A DNA stretch of 64,000 nt from Catajapyx aquilonaris. Taxonomy: Eukaryota. The notes beneath the pieces are model-generated. The model did no database searches, was not told the DNA's origin, and worked only from the letters and a program-made list of their open reading frames with translations. The stretch covers positions 62,001 to 126,000 of the forward strand of contig KZ537987.1 in assembly GCA_000934665.2 (NCBI GenBank), in the 5' to 3' direction. The position numbers and the translations under genes are program-made. This document shows, piece by piece, positions 1 through 12,448 of the stretch (its first letter is position 1; every line of letters starts with the position of its first letter).

Positions 1-563
1 TCAGTGTCAAGAGGTGGGTTCCGTGGAAAAGCCCACCCAATTATTCATCCTTCATGACATAATTATTTGCCGTGGAAGGTGAAGCCGCTTCCGGTAAAAC
101 TGTGCGTAATTAATTAGCTGATTAATTAAATTACGCAAAGTGGGTGTTTGGGAAAATAGCTCCCCCCCACCATCCTTGTTGTCCACTCCTTTTCAGGGCT
201 TGGGGTCCGGGGGAAAATGTGGATAGAGTTGTCCGAGTGCGATCCAATAATTGCAGGCTCTCGATTGACCCGCTATCTCATTCATTACGCGTTGCCCACT
301 AATTAATTAGCGCGGACCTGTCGTTGATGATTGTGTCGCTGTAAAAATGCGCATCGGCCCGGTTCAAATTCTAAAGGAAGCGCTCCCACAACCTGTGTGT
401 TGTGATTATGGGGAAAAAAGGCATTACAGTAATTAGCCAACGTCTCATTTCACTTATGGGACGCTGGAGATGTGCTGTTTTTGTCCACTCCGGAATTTTT
501 AAAAGCGAGAAATAGATGCAGTTGAAAAATTCGCTTTTTAGTGACATTTTCGTACATTAAATA

Positions 564-652
564 CAGGGGGGTTCCTCGTGGGTAACTTTTTGATAACTGC
601 TATCGGGCGATATCAGTTATCAAAAAGTGACCCACGAACCTGGAGCACCCTG
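564..652. mobile_element. Tc1/mariner-type MITE, internally deleted short copy
   Basis: TA|CAGGG...CCCTG|TA termini. Arms CGTGGGTAACTTTTTGATAACTG and CAGTTATCAAAAAGTGACCCACG are near-perfect inverted repeats. Same family as 55427-55668. Confidence 0.8.
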
Positions 653-2071
653 TATATCGGATATTGGCTGATTTATTTGGAAACGATGCCAGTGCATACT
701 GGACCAGTACATGAAAAATGAAATATTGAGGGCGGATAAAATGAAGTTAAAAGTACAACTCAATTTCTTATAATAAACTAAAATTTTAAAGGAAAATTTC
801 ATTTTAAAGATGTGCTGGAGAATGTTATTTACACTGACTGTGAGATCAAATGTAACTAAACTTGTTTTTCCTCTCCAGACCGGTTGAAACCAGCCGTTGC
901 TTTTGTGTGCACCTTCATTACATTCTTCCAGCATATATATCATTTCAAGGCGAAATTGTGCCGAATATTTTTGGGGGCAGGACCCGCCCGGCTTCCAAAC
1001 TCCAAAAAATTATGCACCCCAAAAAATAGCCTGGGCCACACAATGATGATTGTATCCAGGGTATCCAGCCAGCAAGTGCGAACCGTTTTATTCGGTCGTC
1101 ACACATCAAGCGGCCTTTCAGTCACCGGCTCAGTAACGTGAGATAACAAGAAACGTACATTTGATCATGCAAATACAGTGCCACCGGTTCAACCCTCCAA
1201 AATGCCTCCAGAGAAGGAAAGGAAGAAAGAAAAAAAAGAAAGAAAATGCAGAGCTCCAGGACCGCTTGTTTTTACACCAAGAGAGGCGGAAACTCCGGAA
1301 TGGAATGGGGGAGAAGACGCCGGAACATCCTTGTACCTATCTCCAGCATGTGTTTCAGAATGGTGCGTCTTTTTTGAGAACGAAAAAAAGAAGGGAATTC
1401 GATCACGGTTGGAAATGATGATGGACAAACATGAGGGGGTTTTGCTGGCTGTGCGACGACAGACTCGCAACAGCGACGCCATTTTAAGGGTCGAGCCTGT
1501 TGAAAGTAGTCCAAGTGGGTGAGGCGGCCCCCCCAAATAGTTGGACGGGGGAGAAAGAAAAAAAATACGGGCTTCATCATTCATAAGACAGGCCCGATAG
1601 TCCGCAAATCCTCGCCAACTTCCGTTTTGATGGGAGTTCCAAATGGTGGAAGTTTGCGATGCACGCCCAATAAAGCGAGGGAATGGCGGAGGAATATGGG
1701 GCGACGCTGACGTGGACCTGACCCCCTCCCCCTTTTTCATATATAAAAAAAACTGGAGGAATATTTTGGGGGGACGTGGGTGACAACCGTGTTTCCTCGT
1801 TTTGTGCACCGGGTGCAGACGGAATATCGTTACCGGATGGGGGATGTGGTCATGCTCAGGAATAAGGAGCCTTGCCAATATACCAGGCTTGATTGCGTGA
1901 AACGACGCCATTTTAGGGCCGATGGTGTTATAAGCCTGTTCTGGACTGCAATTGAAGGCTAATGATCTGTAATAAGATATTTTCAAGTTTTCACATTTAA
2001 AAAAACAACGGCAATAAAATTCAAGATCAACCACTATAGATGATTTTTTTTACAGGCACAACCGAGTACGC

Positions 2072-2270
2072 ACCCACACTCGCGCAGTTTCATTGTTCTG
2101 ATAACAAAGTTGCCAAGAGTTACTCCTCCGAGGCCAAAAAATAATTCCACATCCGCAGCCTCTTAGGTTCGTTTCAGAGCCTTGGCAACGTCGCAAACGT
2201 CGGCCATTTTGTTCCCCCGTGCCTCAAGCGTAGCGTTGGAAATAGAGCAGCACAGAACACCCACTATACA
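2072..2270 (+). repeat. Unclassified dispersed repeat, copy 1
   Basis: Shares CTTGGCAACGTCGCAAAC(G/T)TCGGCCATTTTG...AGCGTAGCGTTG and flanking blocks with 8442-8571. Confidence 0.65.
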
Positions 2271-2403
2271 GCTCGGTGGGCCGACTCGGTTCCGTTCATT
2301 AAAAAATTCATCTACAGTGAACCCCACCATTTCGTATCCACAGTAATTACAGGGTTACTCTAAAGTCTGGATACATAGGTAGGCTACTGTAATAGGGTTG
2401 GAT

Positions 2404-2500
2404 TGTTGGTTGCCAGTTTTGCCAACTATAGGAGCTTGTTGACATCCAGTAAAGGATTAGTTGGCACAGTTGACCGAGTTGCCACAACTGGCAACCGACA
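2404..2500. repeat. Small foldback (degenerate MITE-like)
   Basis: TGTTGGTTGCCAGTT and AACTGGCAACCGACA are inverted (14/15), with an inner inverted pair TGCCAACTA / TAGTTGGCA. Confidence 0.45.
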
Positions 2501-3623
2501 TGTCACACTGTATATTACAGTGTGTAATAACAGCATGATTATTATTATTTCAAAACATAACATTACACACGCGCAATATTAATGTAAATAATGGCAATTT
2601 ATAGCCAGTGTGTATTTCACTTCTGGGCTCTTAATATACATAAGCCGGTAGGTAAATAATCAAGTGGTGCTTCAACTGAAACAACATGAGTGGTGTAACT
2701 GGTCGCATATCATATTCATGTGTTGTTTATTTGAATAGCCTGATGCTATGCTGTGTGTGGGAGCAACTTGAATATATGAAGTATGTGTATTGCCCCCTAA
2801 CTTGGATCCCTGCCATGTTACAGTATTCGTAGAATGGGGATGCTGGCACTAAATTCCAGAGCAGATGGATAAATTACCAATTTACATACACTGCTGAGCG
2901 TCAGAATGTGTTTTCAGGATTCATATAGCTTCCATGACGAAGTCAATGAAAGAACAAATTTTGGGTTACTGTTTGAGAATTCAAGACTACTTTCATTTCC
3001 CTTGTCGTTTATTCACTTTTGCGTGGAAGTTTTTCTTGCCCATGGGCTTTTATTGCCAAAGTTGATAACACAGTTTCATTATCACTGCTTAAGACGAGGA
3101 CTGGAAATGGCCCTCTTTTTATGTGAATGGGTGGGGGGTGGGTGGGAAATCTAGAAATCGGAAGACTACATCTAGGTTTGCGACGTCGACTGATGACTGT
3201 GTCGAGTCGTGCTTGGGAACAGGTTCGATAAGACGTCCGGATCTTCCTCCAGCCGCCTATGGCAGACTATTTGCAGGGCTAAGAGCAGTTCGGGATTAAG
3301 CAAGGTATCGTTAAAGATTGCGAATTGCCTGCGGGGGGATTTCTCCGGTAGCAGACAACACAAATGAGAAGCACCGTCATTCCAGGTGGATGTCTCCATT
3401 GTGGTGTAGAAGGAAGGATGAAAAGAGGCGAAAGAGTCGAGTGCTTCGATTATCCTTGGATATAAGATTGCAGTTCCTATAGCGAATAGACGGATTTTGC
3501 TCATCTAAGAGATAAGTGAGTGATGCAGTCCTACTGAAGCAGGATAATTTTTTTTAAGGGGCTTGCGGATGAATTTCCTACATTTGGCACCACAGACATT
3601 GTTAGTATAGGGCTATATGCACA

Positions 3624-3977
3624 TACCCGTCAAACGAGGTGAGATTGTGCCGATCCCGTGACTCTGCTACGATTTTAAAGCGTCTTGGAGTATAGGACGA
3701 ATACCCGTCCAACGGGGCGAGAATGTGCCAGGTGGTGTGAGATTGTGCCCGCCAATTTTTTGGACAACAGTATATACCCTACTCGTCATTGCCAACCTTG
3801 ATCATCCCTAAATGTAGTAAAGCATGCTCAAATTCACTAGTTTACACCTGCTGCCAGTAGGGCGCACTGTTGTCCAAAAATACGCTGGCACAATCTCACC
3901 CCACCTGGCACAATCTCACCCCGTTTGAATGTATTCGTCCTATACTCCAAGACGCTTTAAAATCGCAGCAGTGTCAC
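3624..3977. mobile_element. Long-arm foldback element / MITE with reiterated terminal motifs (possibly pogo/Tc1-mariner related)
   Basis: About 120-bp arms at 3658-3783 and 3857-3977 are reverse complements, e.g. TTTTAAAGCGTCTTGGAGTATAGGACGAATAC vs GTATTCGTCCTATACTCCAAGACGCTTTAAAA. The motif GTGAGATTGTGCC / GGCACAATCTCAC recurs five times (one copy degenerate). Confidence 0.8.
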
Positions 3978-6900
3978 AGAGTAGTTTTTTTTTTTTAAAA
4001 AAAGAGAGAAGTGCTTGATACAGTCTCTTCTCTCTATATGGTATAGTCGTAGTCGTTGTATAGAATAGTCCCGGGGGCTCGTAATTGGTCGCAGGAACAC
4101 GAGGCAGAAAGTTCTCATTATGCCATCCGAAACAAGAAGTGCTGGAGTCGCGTTTGGAAATTGAGTCCGGGTGCCCGACTTCACAATCTTCGCTTCGTTT
4201 CCTTAATTTGAAATTGCGAGGCGGCGCATTAACGTTGCGACTGGCGCAAAAGGCGAAACTTGTAAATAAAAATGGTGGGGGAGGGAAGGAGGAAGGGAAT
4301 GGGCGGTGGGGAGGAAGAAGGTCGATGCTGTCGTAGTGAGAAGAAATGGGGCGGAGTGGCGTTGAAATGGGTAATTTCGAAGATGCTTCCCTGCTTCTCG
4401 GGGACGTAATTTGGCCCCAGTATTATTCCAAAGGACTTTCCCTTCTTACTCTAGAATGGATCCTGCTATGGAGCCACTTAACGAAATTAACGTGGGGAGA
4501 TACAGGTCGTGCGCGGAAACCACCGCAGGACGGACCTAAATGCCCATTAGTTTATAACTACGTTGAAACTCCCCGTGTCCACAACTGTATGCCAGTCCGG
4601 ATTTGAATAAAGAGACCGGGGGAAAAAAAGGTGTATATAGCAGGTAACACTGGGTCCAAAATGACCGTATATTTTGAGTGAAAATATGTCGGGGACACAT
4701 GAGACTGGTCGACAGGTATATAAATACAAATTGATCACCCGATGAAGCTTAAGTATTTCTCAAAACATTACAGGATTCTCCGAAAAATAATGACTGTACA
4801 CTGAATTTATGAAGTCATTTTCTGCTCGATTGTTCCCCTGTGTTTACAAGCCTTCTATTGATCAGCATGTCCGTGACAACCACATTTACACGCTCTCGTA
4901 CACCACATTTTTTGGGGGGTCAATTATCCAACCTTGACTTTGAACACCTGCACATTTCCCCCCCCCNCCCCTTTTTTTTTCTGATTCGGTACACCTCGAA
5001 CACGGAGACTTGGTTCTTGCCCGTGGAAACGAGCAGGTATTAGCCGGCCGGTCTAACAACCTGATGAATCCCAGGTACTTAACCTATTTAATTACCGGAC
5101 ATGCAGTTAAGCAGTGAGGTGCAACTGGCAGTCGTTGGCGCTGCTTACGTGATTAGAGTGTAGTGTCGCATCGGGTCCCGCAGCTAGGGTTATAGGAATA
5201 GGGTCTCCCCCTAGAGAGCTGTATATGGTCTGGTGGATACGAGGCTGTGACACAACTCATTGAGTGCCCGCAGTGGCGTGTAGTGTGCTCTGCACCTGCC
5301 CCTGGACCGCAGAGAGAGGCTGGGAGCAGTTCGGGTTGCATCCTCTTCCAGGGTGTTAGTTTCTGTCTGAAGGCCAGTCGTATCATATGCACCGCGCCTG
5401 TAGATAGCACATATTTTTAGTCACCGGATGAAGATGCAGCATAACAGTCAACATTGAAGAACCACTCTTGATCTAATCGAGCTGTTTCGAAGGGATTAAA
5501 ATGGTTCTAGGGGACGGGGGACTCCCCTTCCTTTAATTTGATGTTTGAGAAACATGGAAGAGCTTGAAGGCACGCTTAATCTCCCCCCCCCCTTCGTTCC
5601 ATAAAGCAAGCCCCGAAAGCAGCCAGAGGGACTGGCCCGATCTTCGCCGCCTTGGCCTTTATGCATTTTGAAAATCCGGGGCGCCGGCGCCAGTATTTGA
5701 AGCGCCGTTGCCTGCAGGATCAAGAGCAGATCCCCGCTACAAAGCTTTCCTCTCCGCCTGCAGCATACTCGACAAACTTCATTAGCCTATATTATATTCC
5801 GAGTCGGCACCGAGGAGATTGGCAAGTCCATCTACCAGGATCCCTTATGCATGGTTTCCACTGAACTTTGTCTTATGGCCCTCCTTTTTAGACCTTTTTG
5901 GGGCAACCCACAGGCGTGCCCAAATTAATTACTTAAGTCAAGGAGGCAGGGGAAACTAATTCATGCACTTAGGCCTGGAATTACCTTCGCCGCTTTCGCC
6001 TGGGTCACACTCTTCAATTTGGACCTAACTCTATGCAATATTGCTCCTCGTAGTTCTGCCAGCATTTTTTGGGGGAGTCATGCCTTGCATATTATACAGT
6101 ACATTTTTCATGAGCTTGTTCCAGGATGTTTTTCAAGAGTGTGTGAAACACTGTATCTACATGCGACATAAGCCTGATGGGGAAAGTTAACTGGGGTTGT
6201 TATTTATGCAGAAGGGATGTGATCAAAATTTAGGGAGTGAGCCCCAGGAATTGTGAAGTTGGGAGAACTACTTTTCGGGTGGATAACTGCGGGTGAATAA
6301 ATTACGTATGCTGTAAGTTAAAGTACACAATCTGAGCCGGTTTTGACATAGGCTATTTGCACGCTACATTTTTTTTTTTTTTGCCTTTATATAGAGAGCG
6401 AAACATTCGGGTTTCATTTGAAAATCTGATGGCTATAATAAAAGCATAAAATTAACATTTACAGAACATAGTGTGGTTTTTATTTTTTGTATTTTTTTTT
6501 CTCTGTCGTATTCTTGCTGTGAATCTGTCGCCAATGTTGTTTCAGCCACGACTCTGTTATAAAATGCAAGAAATTCTGCTGCCCTATTTCGAGTGCACAA
6601 CTGCTGTGCGAAACTGGCGCGAGCAATAAATTTAAGTAGTGTATTTGAAAAGGGGCACAAAAGTTTTTAATCGACTGTTTAGGAGAGACGGAGATTTTAC
6701 ACCTCATTTTCACACAAATTGGAAACATTGTGCAAACAGTTTATAGCTGTCGAAATGGAAATACTACGACAAACTGCCCCAGGATTCCTATACTTCCAAA
6801 CTTCCAGAGAGCCGTCTCGTCAATGTCGTTTTCCTGCTTTTATTCACTGTTAGCCCGAGCGGCGTTAAGCCTGAACCAAAAAAATATATAAACGACAGCA

Positions 6901-8441
6901 GGGGGAAAAAATGGGCAGAATGACTGCTCCGTATATGTTAAAAACAGATATAACAGGGAAGGGAAAATCCGGGAAATTCACTCCAGGCGGAGAAATAACA
7001 AGCATGGATATAAATATCAGCATCTCCCGAGGCCCTCAATGTTGGCCAAAAAGTTTTGTGCAGCCATGCAGAACCAGTTGTAGACGTATTGATCATCAGA
7101 TCTGGATGAAATACTCGCAGATTATTCGAGTTTTGGACACATTTAATTATATATACCACGGCGTGAGTAATTCAGGGTATGGTCCATAATCTTTTGGAAT
7201 GTATACTTGGGCTGTAGAGTGTGCAATAGTTGCCATAGTACAGTCCACTATGAATTCAGAGTGCGTACACCATTAGCGAATTGCTTGCTGTCGAGGAATT
7301 AATTGTAATATTCCTGCAGATCCGTTTTAATTGCTTAACTTGAGAGTGAGCATTACTGGAAAGGACAACATTGAGTCACAAGTTGAGCCAAGCATGAAGA
7401 GGTCGGGTTCCCGAGGAAAATGAAATGCAAATGCATGGTTATGAGAATGTGTGAAGTGATGCATTTCCATACTGGCAGGCGGCATATAAGAGGCGGATGG
7501 CGGAAAATGCGATACATTTTACGACGTGCTCATAACCAAGAAGAAGAGACGGGGGGGAAGAGAAGCACGGACTCGATTCTGGAAGCCTGGAAAATGCTCA
7601 TCCTGCATTCATGACGATATGGTTTTGCACTCGTAAAAATAACCCCTGTTGGAAAAAAAACACACACATACACACACCTACTGGCAAAAAAAAGAAGTTT
7701 TACAACGATAAGTGGCAAGCGCAGATCTCGTTATGTTTTATAGGAATTGCTGGGGTTTGCAAGTTTTCTCTCCCACACAGATGGCGGGTGTTCAAACTTG
7801 GTCTTTATCTCCCTGTCGGAAATGGCCTGGAAAAGTTGGTAGCCGATGGTTATAAAGTTTGTAGGATTTCGGTTCATGAACCCGGTGCGGAAGCAATCGG
7901 GGATGAAGCATGTGTTCGGATCATTCCGGGTTGGGAAAGGAAGAAAAGGCTCCTCTCGCAGGAGGAAAAAATCTTACCCGAAAAAAAAAACAAAATAAAA
8001 TCTTGCAATTTCCACGCCCTATACCGAAACTTTGCGGTGGAAAGAAAATGTGGGACATTTTTTTGAATGCCATTGTTGTAACCCATATACTTCGCCATAC
8101 TGTGGAGTTGGACCCCCATTTCAGGAAGAAGGAATATAGTCGAGCTCAACATGGCTGGAGCGACAGAGCAATATTTATTTGCATATCAGAACAGAAAATT
8201 TCCACATTTTGAGCTTCAAAGCTGCAATTATCAACTCTGTCGCTGTATTAAATGCATTTTGGTTGAATATTTTTGAATGTAGCTCGATGTTTTGTTTACA
8301 AAACGGCTAATGCTCATGCTACATTTTTAATGACGCATTATACTACATACACTGCCAAAGCCTTTAAATGATGCGTATTTTGTCACTTCTTATATGGCAG
8401 CTTGAGACTATGAATTTTATCACGAGCGCGGTCGAGTTCGC

Positions 8442-8571
8442 ACCCTCACTCGCACAGCTTTTCTTATAGGTTTGTTGCAGAGACTTGGCAACGTCGCAAA
8501 CTTCGGCCATTTTGCCCCCCCCCCCCCCAGCGTAGCGTTGTAAATAAGTGCATCGCAATGCACCAACTATA
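8442..8571 (+). repeat. Unclassified dispersed repeat, copy 2
   Basis: Homologous to 2072-2270. Confidence 0.65.
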
Positions 8572-11500
8572 TGGCGAGCTTAAATATTGATAATGCTAAC
8601 CCTGCAAGATGCGTGAACTGTGGTGCGCATTCGGTTGCGCTCTTTCTCTCTAATGCTATGGTATATACGCATGACACCCTATATCCGATTGAATCGTCGG
8701 ACAAGTCTGGTCCTTCCACCCACAGACAAAGAGTCCTCTGTATGTCACAAGGGCCTATGGGCAGGTCTCCTCATTTTCTGTCCCACCGACACAGATGACC
8801 GTAGGGGTGTCGGTAGGAAACTGAATGGGTTAATCCGGACGTGGATCCGGAATAGGGAGCGGGTATTAATGGGAGGGGAGGGGGGCGGTTTCGGAGCTCT
8901 TCAGGATTAGAGTCAGCTGGAGAAGACCCCTGCGGATCCCAAGCCAGCCAAGGGAAAGTCACCCTCTAATTCTGCTCCTGGCCTGCCTCTGTCGTCGTCC
9001 CCCGCTCTCTCTCAATGGACATTGTCGCCTGAAAGAACTAAAAAGGGGGGAAGCCTTTTGGCATTGTGTGGGAGAGTTTTCCCTACCCGTCTACTTCACT
9101 GTTTGTTGCCCTAATCCGGAAATTTATTAGATCCAGTCTGCCCAAGTGTGCTCTGCATGTCAAATGTGGATTTGCAGCTAACTGCTCCGGGGGAATCACT
9201 CTGGGCATTATTTCTGTGTGTCTAGGGCGACGCCCATTGTCGGACCTGCACATTTTTGTTGTTGTAGGGAGTAAATTCGATTTGTGCGGCTGGTTTAAAA
9301 CAAGCTTGTTCATTGTTCGCAATTTTTCAATTGCATCCCGGAGCTGTAGTTTGTTAGGACGGGAGAAATAAAATGTAACTAACATGAGAACAATGCATGG
9401 AAGAAAACGTGCAGGGAGTGGTTTTTCTGTGAAATTACACCCTGTAAAAGTAATTTATATGCAGATTTGTGACGTCCTGTATTTTTTATTTTAAAAAACG
9501 GCCCGATTTTCTTGCCTACACTGTAATAATATTCATGTACCGACTTGGTCATGATGTACCATTTTCAAGTCAGTACATCTGAACAGTTGGGTTGTCTACC
9601 AGTCAGTAGCCTACCGTGGATGGTATTTGTTGATCACGAAGTACCACCTCCAGAATCGGTACAGGACTCTATCTGCCTAACCAACTACTCATGGAAACGT
9701 CACGTGCAATGAGGCAGAGTACCGCCATAATTCAACCCGTGAAAACTGATATAAGACCTAGACTTAAGGACTCAAAAACGGTAATTGAGGCACCTAATGA
9801 GATAGTTAAAACGCTTCCGAAACGATAATCGAAACGCTGTAAACTTTGATGAAAGTCCTTACCGGTAATATGGCCCTACTTGAAGTCATGGATCCCATAT
9901 TGAAATTACCCGCCCTTCTACCTGCTTGCAAGCTGCCATTTTCTGTGAACAAAAATGTAGGGTGTCTCACTGCTCAAGTCTGCAGGCCAAGGTACAAGAA
10001 TTAAATTAATATATCTGCTTATGACAACTTCAGTGATATTAACAAGAGCTGATTGTGCTGGGGTGGGGGGGGGGGGTCAACAACCCGTACTTTTCCTCTG
10101 CTGTATATAGGACTTGCCATTATTGACCCAATTGAGTGATGGCGTTGTCTTATTCCCATCGGGTTGTTGGGGAGTACATTCCGGTACATTGAGGAGGATG
10201 CGGGCGTGTCTATCCCCCTCCAGTGTGATGTGCCTTGCTGGAGGCCAAAAGTTTCTGGTCGGAATCAGAAAATGGGATCTGGAGAAACGAGTAAGTCAAG
10301 TGAGGCGAGTGACACGGCGGTTTTTGAGAGGTGACGTGTCAGTTGAAATTGGTAGGAATGTGAAATAGCACGCATTTCTCTGTTGAGAGATCAATCCGCC
10401 CTCGCATTGGAATTGGGATGGGGCTAGGTGGGTGGTGGGTGGTCTGAGGAGGAGGAGGAGGACATAAAGGAGATTGATCAAAATTGCTCTGCTGTGTGGG
10501 GAGACGTGGAAGCAATCCAGATGAAGGACGGGGAAAGGGAAGCAATCTAAAGGAAACGTCGACAGAGGACGGGAAGAAAGGAATGGAGAACAGGTGGAGA
10601 ATGGAGTCGAGAAGAAGGAACCTATTGGAAGCATGTGCAATTTGAGGTTGACTATCATCCGTGGCTGCTGCGACACGTCTGTTATTCCGAAACATATATA
10701 AGTACCAAGCTGCACCTGCTCTCTCTCTCTCGCTAATCTTATAAATTGCTTTAAATGCATATGGCGCACTGCGGCAAATGCGCACGTACTGTCCATAATT
10801 TTGATATGCGATTTTAATGCCTTGCATGCGATTGTTGGAAAAATTTGTCAATGTGTATAGGGGTCTGGTGTCTGCTGAAGGTGGTCGTAAATGGTGGCAG
10901 CGACTCCGAGGTGGAAACTAAGTTTCGGGGAGCGTGCAATCTAGTTGAAAGGCAGCGTACCTGATTATCGCTCCCTCTACCTCCCCTTTTATCCCCAAGT
11001 TTTAAAAGGACAGTTTGAAAGAGCAATCCGCTAGGGGGACAGTACAATTTGACCCTTGGAGCCAGTCCCCCCCGATGCGCCAGTAATTAATCAGGCGGAA
11101 TCGAGACCCCCCTTTTGCACCATACCCCCCTGATGCACAACATAGGAAACCAGGGGGGCTGTGGGTCCAGGCGGCGCACTAGCCAGACGATGTGTTGATT
11201 AATCATTCTCATGCTGTGTAACAGCCTGTTTAATATTTCAGGCGCTGTTAGCTCACGGATGCGAATCGGATGACCGGATTAGTGATGCGCTCTGACGCCC
11301 GGATTGCGAAACAAATGGCTCTTTGAACCCGGATTCAAAGCTCAGCCAAATTTCTAATCAAGGTGTTTCCCCCTCTTCCATAAGGATTCACAATGGCGGC
11401 GCTTAAGAAGAAAAGAAAGAAGAAAAAAAATAGTGGGAGTTGATTTGCTCGTCTGTTTTCCGTCGTAGCCTTTACCTCTCCAATCGCGTCACCATTTTCA

Positions 11501-12267
11501 TTCATCACCCGGTCCTTTCATTATTCGGTGCCTGGCCTGTAAGGAAAGGCGCTGTAATCTCCGGGCATTCTTCACTCCCAAATCCGCCTTTCCCAAGTTT
11601 TACATCGCGTCATTAATAGTATCACGGGGGTTGGGGCGGAATATCTAATTTTCACACTCGATTTGCTTCAACACCCTTGAGACATGATGGACTTGTCGCT
11701 TATGGAGTCCATTTAGTCATAAACATTCATAATAAGCCACTCCTTTTCTCGTCTCACAATATCTCTCTTGGGTGGCCAAGTTGCCCTCATCCGGATTTCC
11801 TGTATTCACTAGCATGGTCACACTCGTGGCGATAAGGCTTCCATTTGATTTGGAAGGAATGATGGGCTGAGTAGGAAGTAAATGAGAATAGTTGGTGAGC
11901 GATTTTCAGCCGCATTGGGGCTTCCAAGCCTGCTGCTGCCAGCATCTATGCGGTGCATAGAGAGGCAGAATCCGCTCAAGTGTTTCATTTGCTCTGCTGC
12001 AGGGTTTTTGCTCCGAGAGAAAGATGGAGGGGAAGGCGGAGTTGAATAGGGGATTTTGCACGGGGAATCCGACATTATCAAATTAAAATCTCATTATAAT
12101 CTTGTAATTAGTACTCGAAGTGGGGCGAAGGAGTTTGGAGACTTGGAGAGGGGCCTCCATACTTTATAGCAATTGCCGTGCAGTCCATGTGCGTTTTCAA
12201 TTGATTCGCACTAATCGCATGGTCGTGCTGCACTAATCTCTCCAGCAGTTATGTTCCAGGAGTCTTA

Positions 12268-12448
12268 CAGGGTGTCTCATATTCATAGCCTTTCCTACAA
12301 CTGCATGCAAGTGCGTCACACTCGCGCTAACAAATAATGCACGTCATCCGTTTCACCTGTATGTAAAAATATATACGTAATAAACAATCAGAATCTTCGT
12401 GATCTTCCCTTTCTTAATTATTGAATACTTATGCAGTGCGCCACCCTG
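12268..12448. mobile_element. Degenerate Tc1/mariner-type MITE
   Basis: TA|CAGGGTG...CACCCTG|TA termini; only 7 bp of perfect TIR, with weak similarity further in. Confidence 0.4.

Noticed and set aside
1189..2034. Longest ORF (281 aa, - strand), including an HPVH motif reminiscent of the TMTC HPIH motif
   Set aside because: Wrong strand for TMTC3; low-complexity F/P/S runs derive from homopolymers; no recognisable domain.
3172..3504. 110-aa minus-strand ORF as a nested gene; + strand AG|GTTCGATAAG (RFDK) as the RFDNP exon
   Set aside because: No recognisable homology. RFDK is not RFDNP and lies upstream of the exons it should follow.
5015..5085. Hammerhead ribozyme-like words (GAAAC...GTC...CTGATGA)
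   Set aside because: Stems I-III cannot be paired. The other CTGANGA sites I inspected also lack a properly placed GAAA.
5153..5410. Cys/His-containing ORF as a second retrotransposon knuckle
   Set aside because: Spacing does not fit C-x-C...H...C and the other frames I checked show no motif.
10296..10851. Overlapping 166/170-aa ORFs
   Set aside because: They arise from a purine-rich low-complexity tract with few stop codons; no domain signal.
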